Origin: Geopsychrobacteraceae bacterium | Lineage (GTDB): Bacteria; Desulfobacterota; Desulfuromonadia; Desulfuromonadales; Geopsychrobacteraceae | NCBI GenBank assembly: GCA_963676795.2 | Contig: CAXXTB010000002.1 | Location: 768,001-832,000 of the forward strand | DNA length: 64,000 bases | Direction: 5' to 3' | Shown: positions 29,271-38,136 of the stretch, piece by piece | Position numbering within the stretch: the stretch's first letter is position 1 | How the letters are laid out: each line of letters starts with the position of its first letter | Notes under the pieces: generated by a model | Database searches by the model: none | Seen by the model: only the letters and a program-made list of their open reading frames with translations | Told to the model about the DNA's origin: nothing | Translations under genes and position numbers: made by a program

Positions 29271-30092
29271 TCAAGAAACAAGTCTCCTAAGGTCGTCACC
29301 AATAGTGAGTTTATTCCCTCCTTTAGAGGCTGGGTGGGGAAAGACGAATATGTCAATATCTCTATTGTCAATAGATCCTTTTTGGTAGGTAACAGCACCT
29401 GAACGTTGAGTATGTTTATATCCTGAATCAAGGATTTGGTTTTTGAAGTATTCGCTATTGTCTGAATTGCCGATTATAAAAACACATTTAGGTAAAAGAA
29501 TACTTAATTCTTTTTTTAGAATATATTTATTGCAGTTAATCCACATTTCTTGAGTAGGTTTACTACGTTGTTTTGATGGTTTTTTTCTCTTTTCATCATC
29601 TGGTGAACATTTAATCTGATTCGTAAATGAAATATAGTTGAAGCTTTCAGAGATACATTTTTTTGTTGGCATTCCCTTTGTGGCTTCTGATTGAATGATA
29701 CCCTTTGACTGTAGATAGATAGCTGAATAACAACCTACCCTGTGATGCATGATACCGCCACGGTATCCTGTTTTCTTGTCAGGAAATAATTTTTTTTTGC
29801 CATTTAATATTTGCCCTTGTGCGCTTAATACCAGTTTATTAATAGCATTCAAGCCTCCATGGCTATTCATGTTTATTCCCAAAACCAATAACCTTGAACG
29901 CAAATATTCGGGCCCTATCCAAGGATAAGAAATATGTGAATCTGGCCCAGATGGAAATCGATGCTTGGCTCCCGTCCAACATTCTTGACAATGAATACAT
30001 CTTTCGTGAAGAGGTACTCCATTAGGGCCCACAACAACACCTAGGTCTGAGTACAAAGATAAAAAATTATTAGCCCCTAGCTGATCGTTCAT
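29271..30092 (-). CDS. Uracil-DNA-glycosylase-like superfamily protein (putative)
   Basis: PWIGPEY..SRLLVLGIN, FTNQIKC, ELSILLPKCVFIIG, FPHPAS follow the UDG-fold motif order; AT-rich. Confidence 0.6.
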   Translation of the reverse strand: MNDQLGANNFLSLYSDLGVVVGPNGVPLHERCIHCQECWTGAKHRFPSGPDSHISYPWIGPEYLRSRLLVLGINMNSHGGLNAINKLVLSAQGQILNGKKKLFPDKKTGYRGGIMHHRVGCYSAIYLQSKGIIQSEATKGMPTKKCISESFNYISFTNQIKCSPDDEKRKKPSKQRSKPTQEMWINCNKYILKKELSILLPKCVFIIGNSDNSEYFKNQILDSGYKHTQRSGAVTYQKGSIDNRDIDIFVFPHPASKGGNKLTIGDDLRRLVS

Positions 30093-30095
30093 ATC

Positions 30096-31091
30096 TCACC
30101 CTTCGAAAAACTGTTCACTGTAAGTCAGTTGTAGTGTTGCTATTGTTCGCCTCATTGATTCTCTTAGCTCAGGCGGCTCAAGCACTTCCACCTTGGTGCC
30201 GTGGCCCAAAAGCCACCACATGAGTTGATCCGTATCAGCAACAGTTGCCTCAATGATAGTTCCTCCCTCTTGATCTATGATCACTTGGTCTTCGGAAAGT
30301 TTTCTCTCGCGAAGAAATCCTGCCAGCCAGTCATTAACCTGTAATCGAAGACGTATCGGGCCTAGCGGATTCGGAAAGCTGAAATTGCCTTCGGCGATGT
30401 ATTTTTCCAGGCAAAACTCTTTTTTGCGTTTCGCTTTATGGTCAAGCATTTTAGCACTCAACATCCGATGTAGTGCGAACTGGCGAGCATCTTGGTAGTT
30501 CCATACGGTGGCGACTAAATAGACAACGCCATTGTCAAAAACCAAGCCGAGTGGGTGCAAATTGCGCTCAACTGGCTGTTTGTGATCGAGCTTTTGATAG
30601 CTAACCGAGAGTTGCCTTTCCTCAAATAAAGCCTGAAAAACTTGTCCAAGAACGTCGACATTCACTTCTGGCAGACACAACTGTTGCTGCCGACAAATTT
30701 TAGCAACCCGACCGGACCACTCACCAAGCCCTGTTCCTCTTACTTCGTTCAATAGGTTGCTGGCTCGCTTAAAATAGGGCTGTAGGGCTGCAACACACCC
30801 CTGTGGCAACATTTCGGATAGATATTGCTCAGTGAGTTTTAAGGTTAATGCTGTGTTGCTGTTCATTGTCGGAAGATCAAGCAACCCACAATCCTCAGCC
30901 CAGCACCAACCGGCAGGATTCTGGTGATCTGATGTAATAGGGAAAGATTCCGATAAGGTTTCAAGATTGCGCTGGACCGAGCGGAGAGTCAGGTCAATCC
31001 CTTTCTCAGCCAAAGCTTCGCGAATCTGCTGAGTCCCTTGTTTTTTCTTCGCTAGGATATTCAGGATTTCCCACTGTGTAATCGTTGCCAT
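30096..31091 (-). CDS. wHTH-WYL-WCX transcriptional regulator (BrxR/CapW/PafB-like)
   Basis: LRSVQRNLETL HTH; LHPLGLV...VYLVA...RQFALHRM WYL; WLLGHG..VEVLEPPELR WCX; GGAGG RBS. Confidence 0.92.
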   Translation of the reverse strand: MATITQWEILNILAKKKQGTQQIREALAEKGIDLTLRSVQRNLETLSESFPITSDHQNPAGWCWAEDCGLLDLPTMNSNTALTLKLTEQYLSEMLPQGCVAALQPYFKRASNLLNEVRGTGLGEWSGRVAKICRQQQLCLPEVNVDVLGQVFQALFEERQLSVSYQKLDHKQPVERNLHPLGLVFDNGVVYLVATVWNYQDARQFALHRMLSAKMLDHKAKRKKEFCLEKYIAEGNFSFPNPLGPIRLRLQVNDWLAGFLRERKLSEDQVIIDQEGGTIIEATVADTDQLMWWLLGHGTKVEVLEPPELRESMRRTIATLQLTYSEQFFEG

Positions 31092-31127
31092 AGCATTTCC
31101 TCCTTGAACACAGATATACCTGAACGG

Positions 31128-31146
31128 CACGACAATATGTGTCGCG
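31128..31146. promoter_or_regulatory. Candidate WYL operator 1
   Basis: Inverted repeat CGACA-ATATG-TGTCG in the divergent promoter region. Confidence 0.6.
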
Positions 31147-31184
31147 TGAAAAGAAATTAAGAATATCTCATTTCTTGAAAAACA

Positions 31185-31203
31185 CAAGACTCTTTTTGTC
31201 GCG
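31185..31203. promoter_or_regulatory. Candidate WYL operator 2
   Basis: AAGAC-TCTTTTT-GTCGCG, same GAC-N7-GTC spacing. Confidence 0.5.
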
Positions 31204-31240
31204 CACATTTGAGATTATCAAGGCAAACGGAGGGGAAAAG

Positions 31241-31546
31241 ATGATGATTAATAAATGGTTTAATTTCTACCTGAACGAAGCACCAGAGACGCAACAAGGA
31301 CGACCACTTCCTCAATGGCTATTGGGGAAGCGAATTGTCTTCAAACCGACAGGGCGTGAATTTGTTGTCGGCATGGTATCAAAAAAACACTTGTACGTCA
31401 TTTACGAGACAAAGTTCCTGAGATCGCTCCAGTCGGCAACAAAAATAATGACATCTAATCCCCACGCTGGGTGCAATAACTATCTGGAGTTATGGGAATA
31501 CAAAGGCATGAGCTTGCACATCGCTCTCGACATACCGCTATCTTGA
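31241..31546 (+). CDS. Hypothetical protein (possible RAMA-like domain)
   Basis: GGAGGGG RBS; SLQSATKIM...NNYLELWEYKGMSL. Confidence 0.55.
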   Translation: MMINKWFNFYLNEAPETQQGRPLPQWLLGKRIVFKPTGREFVVGMVSKKHLYVIYETKFLRSLQSATKIMTSNPHAGCNNYLELWEYKGMSLHIALDIPLS

Positions 31547-31578
31547 CCCTAGCGATTTCAAGTCAAAAGGAAACTATC

Positions 31579-32109
31579 ATGTATCAATCTATTTCTGACT
31601 CGCAGCCTTTTACTGTCATTACTTTTGACGACACATTGAATCGTTGGTTTGAAATGAATCGAGGTCGATTCAACTATAATCCTGTTGTTGAAAAAACGGA
31701 TTCTAGCTATATCGTGAGATTTACGGGATGTTGCAATCACATCGAATGGCAAATATGGCTTTCTGAAACTGATATGAGATCGTGGATTCTCGTCACGTAT
31801 AACGAGACCTTCTGGGATATAATTTTTGATTCAGATATAGGTATCAGTAGAACTGTAGACGGTCAATATTATTGCAATTTATGCATTTATGATACTCAAT
31901 GTTATAATTGCATTGAAGACCTCCTGATTGCTCACGCTCTCGACCCGACACTGGAATGGCTTAACGAGCATTTAATACCTGAAAATTATCTCTGGATTTG
32001 TGGTCAGGATCTCAGTGGAGGGTGGACGAAGGCTCGTATTCTTCCCAAGGATGCAAAATCTCGGGATCGTGAGTATCTATTGGACTTAATCCCCATTGTT
32101 GAAAGCTAA
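31579..32109 (+). CDS. Hypothetical protein with CxxC motifs
   Basis: AAGG RBS; YYCNLC...CYNC. Confidence 0.6.
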   Translation: MYQSISDSQPFTVITFDDTLNRWFEMNRGRFNYNPVVEKTDSSYIVRFTGCCNHIEWQIWLSETDMRSWILVTYNETFWDIIFDSDIGISRTVDGQYYCNLCIYDTQCYNCIEDLLIAHALDPTLEWLNEHLIPENYLWICGQDLSGGWTKARILPKDAKSRDREYLLDLIPIVES

Positions 32110-32200
32110 AATGATTGAAACAGGAAAGAGCAATTGGGGCATGGTGAAAGGCCTGTTCCTGCGTTGAATAATTGATGTTTTTTAAAAAAAATAAGGAAAG

Positions 32201-32234
32201 AAAACACCGACCCTAATACGAGTCGGTGTTTTTT
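32201..32234. terminator. Bidirectional terminator between convergent genes
   Basis: aaaacaccgac...gtcggtgtttt. Confidence 0.7.
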
Positions 32235-32235
32235 A

Positions 32236-33423
32236 TTATCCAGCAATTGATCTGGTCATTTCCTCGGCGGCCTGATCAGCCGTTTTCTTGAGCTCTTCAT
32301 TCATGTGATGGGCATAACGGGCGGTCATGGTCGTGTCTGAATGGCCCAGCACTTTGGAGACATTATGGATGCCAGACCGGACAGCTGCATAGCTGGCGAA
32401 CGTATGCCTGAGGTCATGAATTCGAAAATCCTGAATATTTGCCACATCAAGGGCGCGGATGAATGGCTTACGCAGATCTTTCTGATATGAACCGTCCTTG
32501 CCTGGAAAGACGTATTCATGTTCGCCAGCACGTTCAAGTTGTTCCTGTAAAACTTGCTTGGCCTGCTCGGACAGGTGGATCGTTCTTGATTGGCCGGTCT
32601 TGGTATCGCCTAGGAAGATTGTTCCTTCATCCATGTGAACATGCTTTTGCGGCAGGCTCATGATTTCATTCTTGCGGCAGCCGGTATAGAGCAGCAAGCG
32701 GATTGCCGATACTGAGCTGCTTTCGTCCAGACCATCGAGTGCGGCCAGGAATCTTTTTAACTCATCCCGAGACAGGAACCGTTCACGAGACCTCTCTTTG
32801 AACTTTCGGGGGAATGTTGGCACCACCGAAAGGTATTCCCACTCATGGGCGAGTCTGAGCATGCGCTTCAGCAGGGTGATCATATGATTGGCCGAAACTC
32901 CTGAGGTTCGATCCTTCTCCTTTGAATGAAGGTTGGAGATATCCTTTGGGCCAATTTCACACAGCCGTTTAGCCCCGAAGGTCGGATCAAGGATCTGGGT
33001 AATTCTCCATTCGTCTTCCTTCCAGGTTTTCTTGTGCTGTTTTGAATGGGGTAGGTAGTGCTCTTGGGCGAACTGGGAGAAGGTCAGCATGTTGCGTTTT
33101 TCCTGTTTCTCCTCTCGTGGATCATGCCCTTCTGTCAGCATGGCTTTTTGCTGATAGACCTTTTTGCGGATGTCGTCGATGCTGGTGACACCGGGAAGGT
33201 ACTCACCAAGGCTAACAGCCCCCTTTCTGCCGTAGGGGGAGGTGAACCGATGAAGAAAGTGAATCCTTCGCGTTGGGCCGACAAGGGCTTTCAGGCCGAT
33301 GCAGGTGGCGTCTGAATATTCAGTTCCATTGCTGCGGCTTTGGCTTGGATCATGGGCTGGCAGGTTTTCTAAGGTCCGTCGCGTGAAGACAAACTTTTTG
33401 TTCGTTTTGGCTCCAATTTTCAT
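32236..33423 (-). CDS. Tyrosine recombinase/integrase with N-terminal arm-binding domain
   Basis: TGCRKNE, TKTG, HDLRH, LGHSD, TARY catalytic set intact. Confidence 0.93.
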   Translation of the reverse strand: MKIGAKTNKKFVFTRRTLENLPAHDPSQSRSNGTEYSDATCIGLKALVGPTRRIHFLHRFTSPYGRKGAVSLGEYLPGVTSIDDIRKKVYQQKAMLTEGHDPREEKQEKRNMLTFSQFAQEHYLPHSKQHKKTWKEDEWRITQILDPTFGAKRLCEIGPKDISNLHSKEKDRTSGVSANHMITLLKRMLRLAHEWEYLSVVPTFPRKFKERSRERFLSRDELKRFLAALDGLDESSSVSAIRLLLYTGCRKNEIMSLPQKHVHMDEGTIFLGDTKTGQSRTIHLSEQAKQVLQEQLERAGEHEYVFPGKDGSYQKDLRKPFIRALDVANIQDFRIHDLRHTFASYAAVRSGIHNVSKVLGHSDTTMTARYAHHMNEELKKTADQAAEEMTRSIAG

Positions 33424-33689
33424 TGTTGTTTTCCTCCTGATGATTTCTTTTCTGCTCTGTTTTGCCAGAGCATATGCTGGCTAGTTCCTGGAACAGTTTC
33501 CGCAAACCCGCATAGAGCACGGGCTCGCGTTCTCAATAATATGTTCTATGGTATCTGTACGGTATTTTGTGCTTAATTTCGCCAGATCGAATCAGGTGAT
33601 TTTGGGGTGCAGGGTGAGTGGTGAGGTTTTCTTCCCCATGGCATGAGCCAGCCCATTTTTTTGAACGCAGGGGAGGGGGGTGGTCAGGG

Positions 33690-34088
33690 TTAAGATTTTT
33701 CGTCATCGACGCTGATCTGATAGACGCCCATGCCGTAGTAGAAGACAAAGTTCTCCTGCCAGATCTGAAAGATTTCCTTGCCTGAGTCCAGCGGGTAGTC
33801 ATGGCCACGATGACCAAACAGCTTCAGGCCGAAATCAAAATCCAGCTCTTTTTCCAGTTCTGCATAGGAACCGATCCCCACATAGGCAAAGTCGGTGATG
33901 TAGTTCAGTTGGCCCGTAGGCAGAATCATGATCTCAACAGGATGAAAGCCTCCAGCCTCGGCACTGTACTGCGGATCTCTGAAATTGAGGGTAAGTGTCT
34001 GGTTGTTGTAGCGGCCGATCTTCTTGTTCAGTAGCTCTACCAATCGTGGATGAAGAAAATACGGGCAGCTCTTCGTGTCAACAGTCAT
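33690..34088 (-). CDS. DUF2787-family protein
   Basis: LNFRDPQYSAEAGGFHPVEI...YITDFAYVG...ELEKELDFDF. Confidence 0.8.
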   Translation of the reverse strand: MTVDTKSCPYFLHPRLVELLNKKIGRYNNQTLTLNFRDPQYSAEAGGFHPVEIMILPTGQLNYITDFAYVGIGSYAELEKELDFDFGLKLFGHRGHDYPLDSGKEIFQIWQENFVFYYGMGVYQISVDDEKS

Positions 34089-34161
34089 GCTTATACTCCA
34101 TAATGAAAAGCCTCGACGGTAAGTCGCCGAGGCTGGATCAAGGTTGTTTGATGACGCTTTT

Positions 34162-34473
34162 TCAGTCGTTGCTTGTGGCCGGTGGTGGAAGAAGTCGTGG
34201 CTCAGGTTGGTTCTGTTCGGTCTCATTGAAGGCCTGGATAAGAGTGTATCCGGCTGTCATGATGGTTGTTGGTGTCGGGTTCCAGAGCGGCGTCAGAATG
34301 TCGCTGACCTCCTGAATGGCGGCGGGTGTCGCTTTGACGATCTCAGCGCCTTCATTCTCACAGAGGTCGATTATATCCTGCGCAAACTCCGTTGTTATGT
34401 CGAGAAGCTCATCAAGCTTCATAGCCATGAAACCTGGATTAGTGATGTTGTCGAAGAAATCAGACCAGCTCAT
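34162..34473 (-). CDS. Hypothetical island protein
   Basis: ATGA overlap with the upstream ORF; GGAA RBS-like sequence. Confidence 0.55.
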   Translation of the reverse strand: MSWSDFFDNITNPGFMAMKLDELLDITTEFAQDIIDLCENEGAEIVKATPAAIQEVSDILTPLWNPTPTTIMTAGYTLIQAFNETEQNQPEPRLLPPPATSND

Positions 34474-34805
34474 GTCGATTCCACTTCGGGAAGGTGGTTG
34501 ATAAGGATCTGGCGGATCGCGTCCGCATAACCCGCAATGTCCGGGCAGATAATACTGACGCCGTCACCGCTGTTGCCGTAGATCACGACGCCAATGAGGC
34601 AATTCTGCTGGCGAGATACTCCCTCCAGGCAGGAGTCGATATTCCGGCATATCTGTTTACTGAGTTCTGGGGGCTGATCGTTTACTTCAATGAAAATGAC
34701 AGAGCTGTTCTCGGGGAGGTCGGATAATAGAAACCGGACGGGTGGTTGGTAGGGGAGCGGAATGTTATCAATTTCGCCAGCTGAAGAGTCGGTAAGAATT
34801 TTCAT
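34470..34805 (-). CDS. Hypothetical island protein
   Basis: ATGA overlap with the upstream ORF; GGAGG RBS. Confidence 0.6.
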   Translation of the reverse strand: MKILTDSSAGEIDNIPLPYQPPVRFLLSDLPENSSVIFIEVNDQPPELSKQICRNIDSCLEGVSRQQNCLIGVVIYGNSGDGVSIICPDIAGYADAIRQILINHLPEVEST

Positions 34806-35119
34806 ATCGAGTCCTCCCAGAACACAATTTCTGAGGCATAGACACAGCGATGAAAGGTGCGCTGATGGTTGTCGATACGCAAGGTAATCGTGGCCGTCTC
34901 TTCCGGTTGGCCGAGAGCTTTTAGATAGTCATGATCACTCTTGGTTAAGATGACGATGTTCAGCTCATGGTCTGCAAGGTCATCTTCGTCACCATATTCG
35001 AGAATTTCTGCAATGCAGAAGCTGGCGAAGCCATAGATCTCACGATGAAGTGCCGGGTCGTTGTTGAGTTGTTTCAGTTCGGATAGGGAATGATATGTTT
35101 GCATATGCGAGTCCTTCAT
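34802..35119 (-). CDS. Hypothetical island protein
   Basis: 105 aa, first of a translationally coupled series. Confidence 0.55.
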   Translation of the reverse strand: MKDSHMQTYHSLSELKQLNNDPALHREIYGFASFCIAEILEYGDEDDLADHELNIVILTKSDHDYLKALGQPEETATITLRIDNHQRTFHRCVYASEIVFWEDSI

Positions 35120-35349
35120 TGTTTGTGAGGCTGAAAAAGAAAACCCTGAGCCTCGGGTGAGGTCAGGGTTTTCGTTCTGAAATCGCAGTGTCGAAAGTCG
35201 TTAATGGCTGGGGGAGGGATACTGGTCAAAAATGGATTTGTGATTTGCCTTGGTGTGTTTGTCATAATTATCTCCTCTTGATGTTATGGGCGATGGCAAG
35301 GAGATAATATCTGCTTCAAAATTGAGTCATTACAGCTTCGATGGCTGAT

Positions 35350-36234
35350 TTACGCTTTGTTCTGTGAAAAATCATACAGAGCATCAGCGAGTTCCATGAT
35401 CTCGTTCTTTTGAAAAAGAACATCAAGCCATTTTTGCGGAATGCTTTTATGGCCGTAAAAAGCACCGGCAATTTGACCGCAGATAGCCGCAGTTGTATCA
35501 GCATCATCACCAAGGTTGGCTGCGGTGAGAATGGCATCAGAGAAAGACTCTGTTGACAAGAAGGACCAAACGGCAGCTTTTAAGGATTCAGGGGCATAAC
35601 CACTGCCGATGATTAGCTCACTTGGTGTTGTGGAGAGTCCTTGCCATTCTGGGGTTATCGCTTCGATATCGAGCTTTTTAGCTCCCGACAGGGCTTTGAA
35701 GATAGCCTCAGAAAGCTGAGCCCCTGTGAGATGGCAGACTTCAGCGGCATGAGTCGTGAGTGTTGTGAGTCTCGTAAACTTCTGTATTTCATCAAGGTCG
35801 GGATAGTAGGCAAGAACTACGGGGGCCTGCCTCATTAACGCCCCATTGCCAGCTGAGCGAGGATTATTGTCTCCGGCGTATGGATTCCCATCTTGGCGGA
35901 ATTTGAATAGGGCCTTCATCACCGTCTTGCCAACTCCGACCGGGCGGGATTTCGGACCAGGTTTGCCCGTACTAAACCAGTTGGAGTAGCGATTCATCTG
36001 GTCGTAGGGATCATGCCCTTGGCAGTCAACAAGGCTTGCCGCCAAACAGATTGCCATGCTTGTATCGTCAGTCCATTCGCCTGGACTGAGCCGAAACTTC
36101 CCGCCACCGATCATGCCGGTTACTGGTGTGAATCTGCCGCGAGGGTAAAATTCAACCGCACAGCCAATCGCATCGCCACAAGCGAGCCCGAGTAATGCGC
36201 CACGGTAGCGTTCAATTAAAGAGATGTCTGTCAT
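35350..36234 (-). CDS. ADP-ribosylglycohydrolase (DraG/ARH family)
   Basis: GALLGLACGDAIG, WTDDTSM, AGNGALMR, NLGDDADTTAA. Confidence 0.92.
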   Translation of the reverse strand: MTDISLIERYRGALLGLACGDAIGCAVEFYPRGRFTPVTGMIGGGKFRLSPGEWTDDTSMAICLAASLVDCQGHDPYDQMNRYSNWFSTGKPGPKSRPVGVGKTVMKALFKFRQDGNPYAGDNNPRSAGNGALMRQAPVVLAYYPDLDEIQKFTRLTTLTTHAAEVCHLTGAQLSEAIFKALSGAKKLDIEAITPEWQGLSTTPSELIIGSGYAPESLKAAVWSFLSTESFSDAILTAANLGDDADTTAAICGQIAGAFYGHKSIPQKWLDVLFQKNEIMELADALYDFSQNKA

Positions 36235-36294
36235 GTGTGGACCTTTCTGATCGGTATCAATGGGAGTGAGATTACCGTAAATATCGCCTTTCTA

Positions 36295-36313
36295 TGTGAC
36301 ATTAAACGTCATG
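36295..36313. promoter_or_regulatory. Candidate WYL operator 3
   Basis: TGAC-ATTAAAC-GTCA between the divergent ARH and GIY-YIG genes. Confidence 0.45.
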
Positions 36314-36431
36314 CTGGCAGATTTAGATCTAAGGGAGAGCAGGTTATTGTGGTATGTTGTTAGGGATTTTTAATTGTGATTGGCTTACACCCTATAACCC
36401 TGCAACAGATAAGCTATGACAAGGAGGAAAC

Positions 36432-36641
36432 ATGATACTGAACCACACAACATTTTACGATGAACTCGACTCTTTTCAGACGTTCCCGGAATTGATCACC
36501 AATCTGACAGAGGAGAGTTTTAAAAATGTTTTTGACTGCGATATGGCTAGAAAACACAAGAACATTGTGTATGTTTGGAGAGCTGAAAAGAAAATCAAAC
36601 GCTTAAAAGGTGAGAGCGATATCATATATATCGGGCAGACG
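36432..36641 (+). pseudogene. GIY-YIG nuclease N-terminus truncated by IS256
   Basis: AGGAGG RBS; IVYVW...IIYIGQT, then the IS inverted repeat begins. Confidence 0.7.
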
Positions 36642-37958
36642 GATAAAGCAACATTTCTTCTGTAAAAGTGGTTTCCCCTTTGGGGCATCTATTGATCTTT
36701 GAACGTTAAATAATTTCTGCCCGTTTCCCACTCTTCTGATATTTCCATCAAAACGGCACTGACGAGCCTTAAGCAGGAGTCTTCGTTGGGAAACAGGGTT
36801 GCAACTCTGGTACGACGCAGGATCTCTTTGTTGACACGTTCCAGAACATTGCTGGTTCTGATTTTCTTCCTGTGCTCCTCTGGAAACTGGAGAATCGCCA
36901 GACCTTCTTCAATGTTTTCTTCTGCCCATTTGGTTAATTGGGGGGCCGATGATCCGTAACGTTCTACAAACAGGTCCAGTTGTCTTTTCGCTTCTGCTTC
37001 ATCGGGTGCCTGCAAGATATTCCTGATAGCGGACGCAACCCCTTTCTTCATCTCCTTCTTTGGCACGTAGGCCTGGGCATTTTGCTGGAGATGAAACTGG
37101 CAGCGTTGCCAGGGGACACTGGGAAAGACTGCCTTGCGGGCGGCCTTGAGCCCCTCATGGGCATCACTGATAAACAGCTTTACCCCGTGTAATTTACGCT
37201 CTTGCAAGCTGCGTAGAAAGTCTCGCCAATGGGCTTCCTGCTCTGACAGAGCTACGGAGGTTCCCAGAATCTGACGTTTGCCATCCTCGGAGACACCGAT
37301 GGCCACCAGAACGGCAACATCGATCACTGAGCCGTTATGCCGTACCTTTTCATAGCGAGCGTCGAGATAGACGTAGGGAAACGCGCCAAGGGGACGTTTA
37401 CGCCATTGGTCAAGAATATCGTCGAGCTCCTTTGCTGCACGGCTCACCTGGCTCGATGTGACCTCGCAGCCACACAGCTGCTCTGTAATTTTAGCAACCT
37501 TGCGAGTCGAAACGCCCTGAACATACATCTCAGCCAAGGCCACCTTCAGGGCCCGCTCCGAACGTAATCCCTTCTCCAGGCTAGAGGGATAAAGGCTGCT
37601 ATCCCGAACTTGGGGAACATCAACGTCAAGAGAGCCAACTCGAGTCTGAACGGTCTTTGGCTTATACCCGTTAGCATGGCCGCGACGGGCATTGCTGCGC
37701 TCGTAGGGACCAACACCAAGATGGTGCTGGCGTTCAAGGCGCATAGCCTCATTGATAACTCTGCGGATCGCCTCTCCGAGAGCATCGAAGCCATCATCAG
37801 CTAATAGTTTTACAACATCCTCAATCGCGTTATAATCTGCCGGACGGGTCATGGTTTCTTTCCTCTCTGGTTGGGTTTGGCGATTCACCAAAGAGGATAA
37901 CCGTGGCCCGTCTCTTTGTCAGGCCGAATGAAATTTACAGAAACAATGATGCACTAAC
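36642..37958 (-). mobile_element. IS256-family insertion sequence
   Basis: Imperfect terminal IRs GATAAAGCAACATTTCTTCTGTAAA / GTTAGTGCATCATTGTTTCTGTAAA (reverse complement); no target-site duplication visible. Confidence 0.9.
36689..37852 (-). CDS. IS256-family transposase
   Basis: EMYVQGVSTRKV, YVYLDA, FISDAHEGL, WQRCQFH, IRTSNVLERVNKE. Confidence 0.95.
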   Translation of the reverse strand: MTRPADYNAIEDVVKLLADDGFDALGEAIRRVINEAMRLERQHHLGVGPYERSNARRGHANGYKPKTVQTRVGSLDVDVPQVRDSSLYPSSLEKGLRSERALKVALAEMYVQGVSTRKVAKITEQLCGCEVTSSQVSRAAKELDDILDQWRKRPLGAFPYVYLDARYEKVRHNGSVIDVAVLVAIGVSEDGKRQILGTSVALSEQEAHWRDFLRSLQERKLHGVKLFISDAHEGLKAARKAVFPSVPWQRCQFHLQQNAQAYVPKKEMKKGVASAIRNILQAPDEAEAKRQLDLFVERYGSSAPQLTKWAEENIEEGLAILQFPEEHRKKIRTSNVLERVNKEILRRTRVATLFPNEDSCLRLVSAVLMEISEEWETGRNYLTFKDQ

Positions 37959-38136
37959 TGAAAAAACGCATAAAGGGGTATCTAGAAGAATTGCTAGATA
38001 TGGTTCAGTTGAACCTGGCGTACCAGAGGCTGTTTCAATTTCAATAAAAAGTTTCTTAAACGATTACTTAAAATAAAGCTTCATATTTTACAATATTACG
38101 AACCTTCTAGGCCGCAAGCCTCAAGAGTCTCAATTT

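Larger units (their letters stand above)
28209..38136. mobile_element. Genomic island integrated at tRNA-Pro
   Basis: Flanking direct repeats with a tRNA fragment, tyrosine integrase, visibly AT-richer cargo, DUF2787, WYL, IS256. Confidence 0.9.

Noticed and set aside
35265..35312. Fluoride riboswitch (ggcgatgg motif)
   Set aside because: Lacks the rest of the consensus; only an imperfect inverted repeat ttatctcct...aggagataa.
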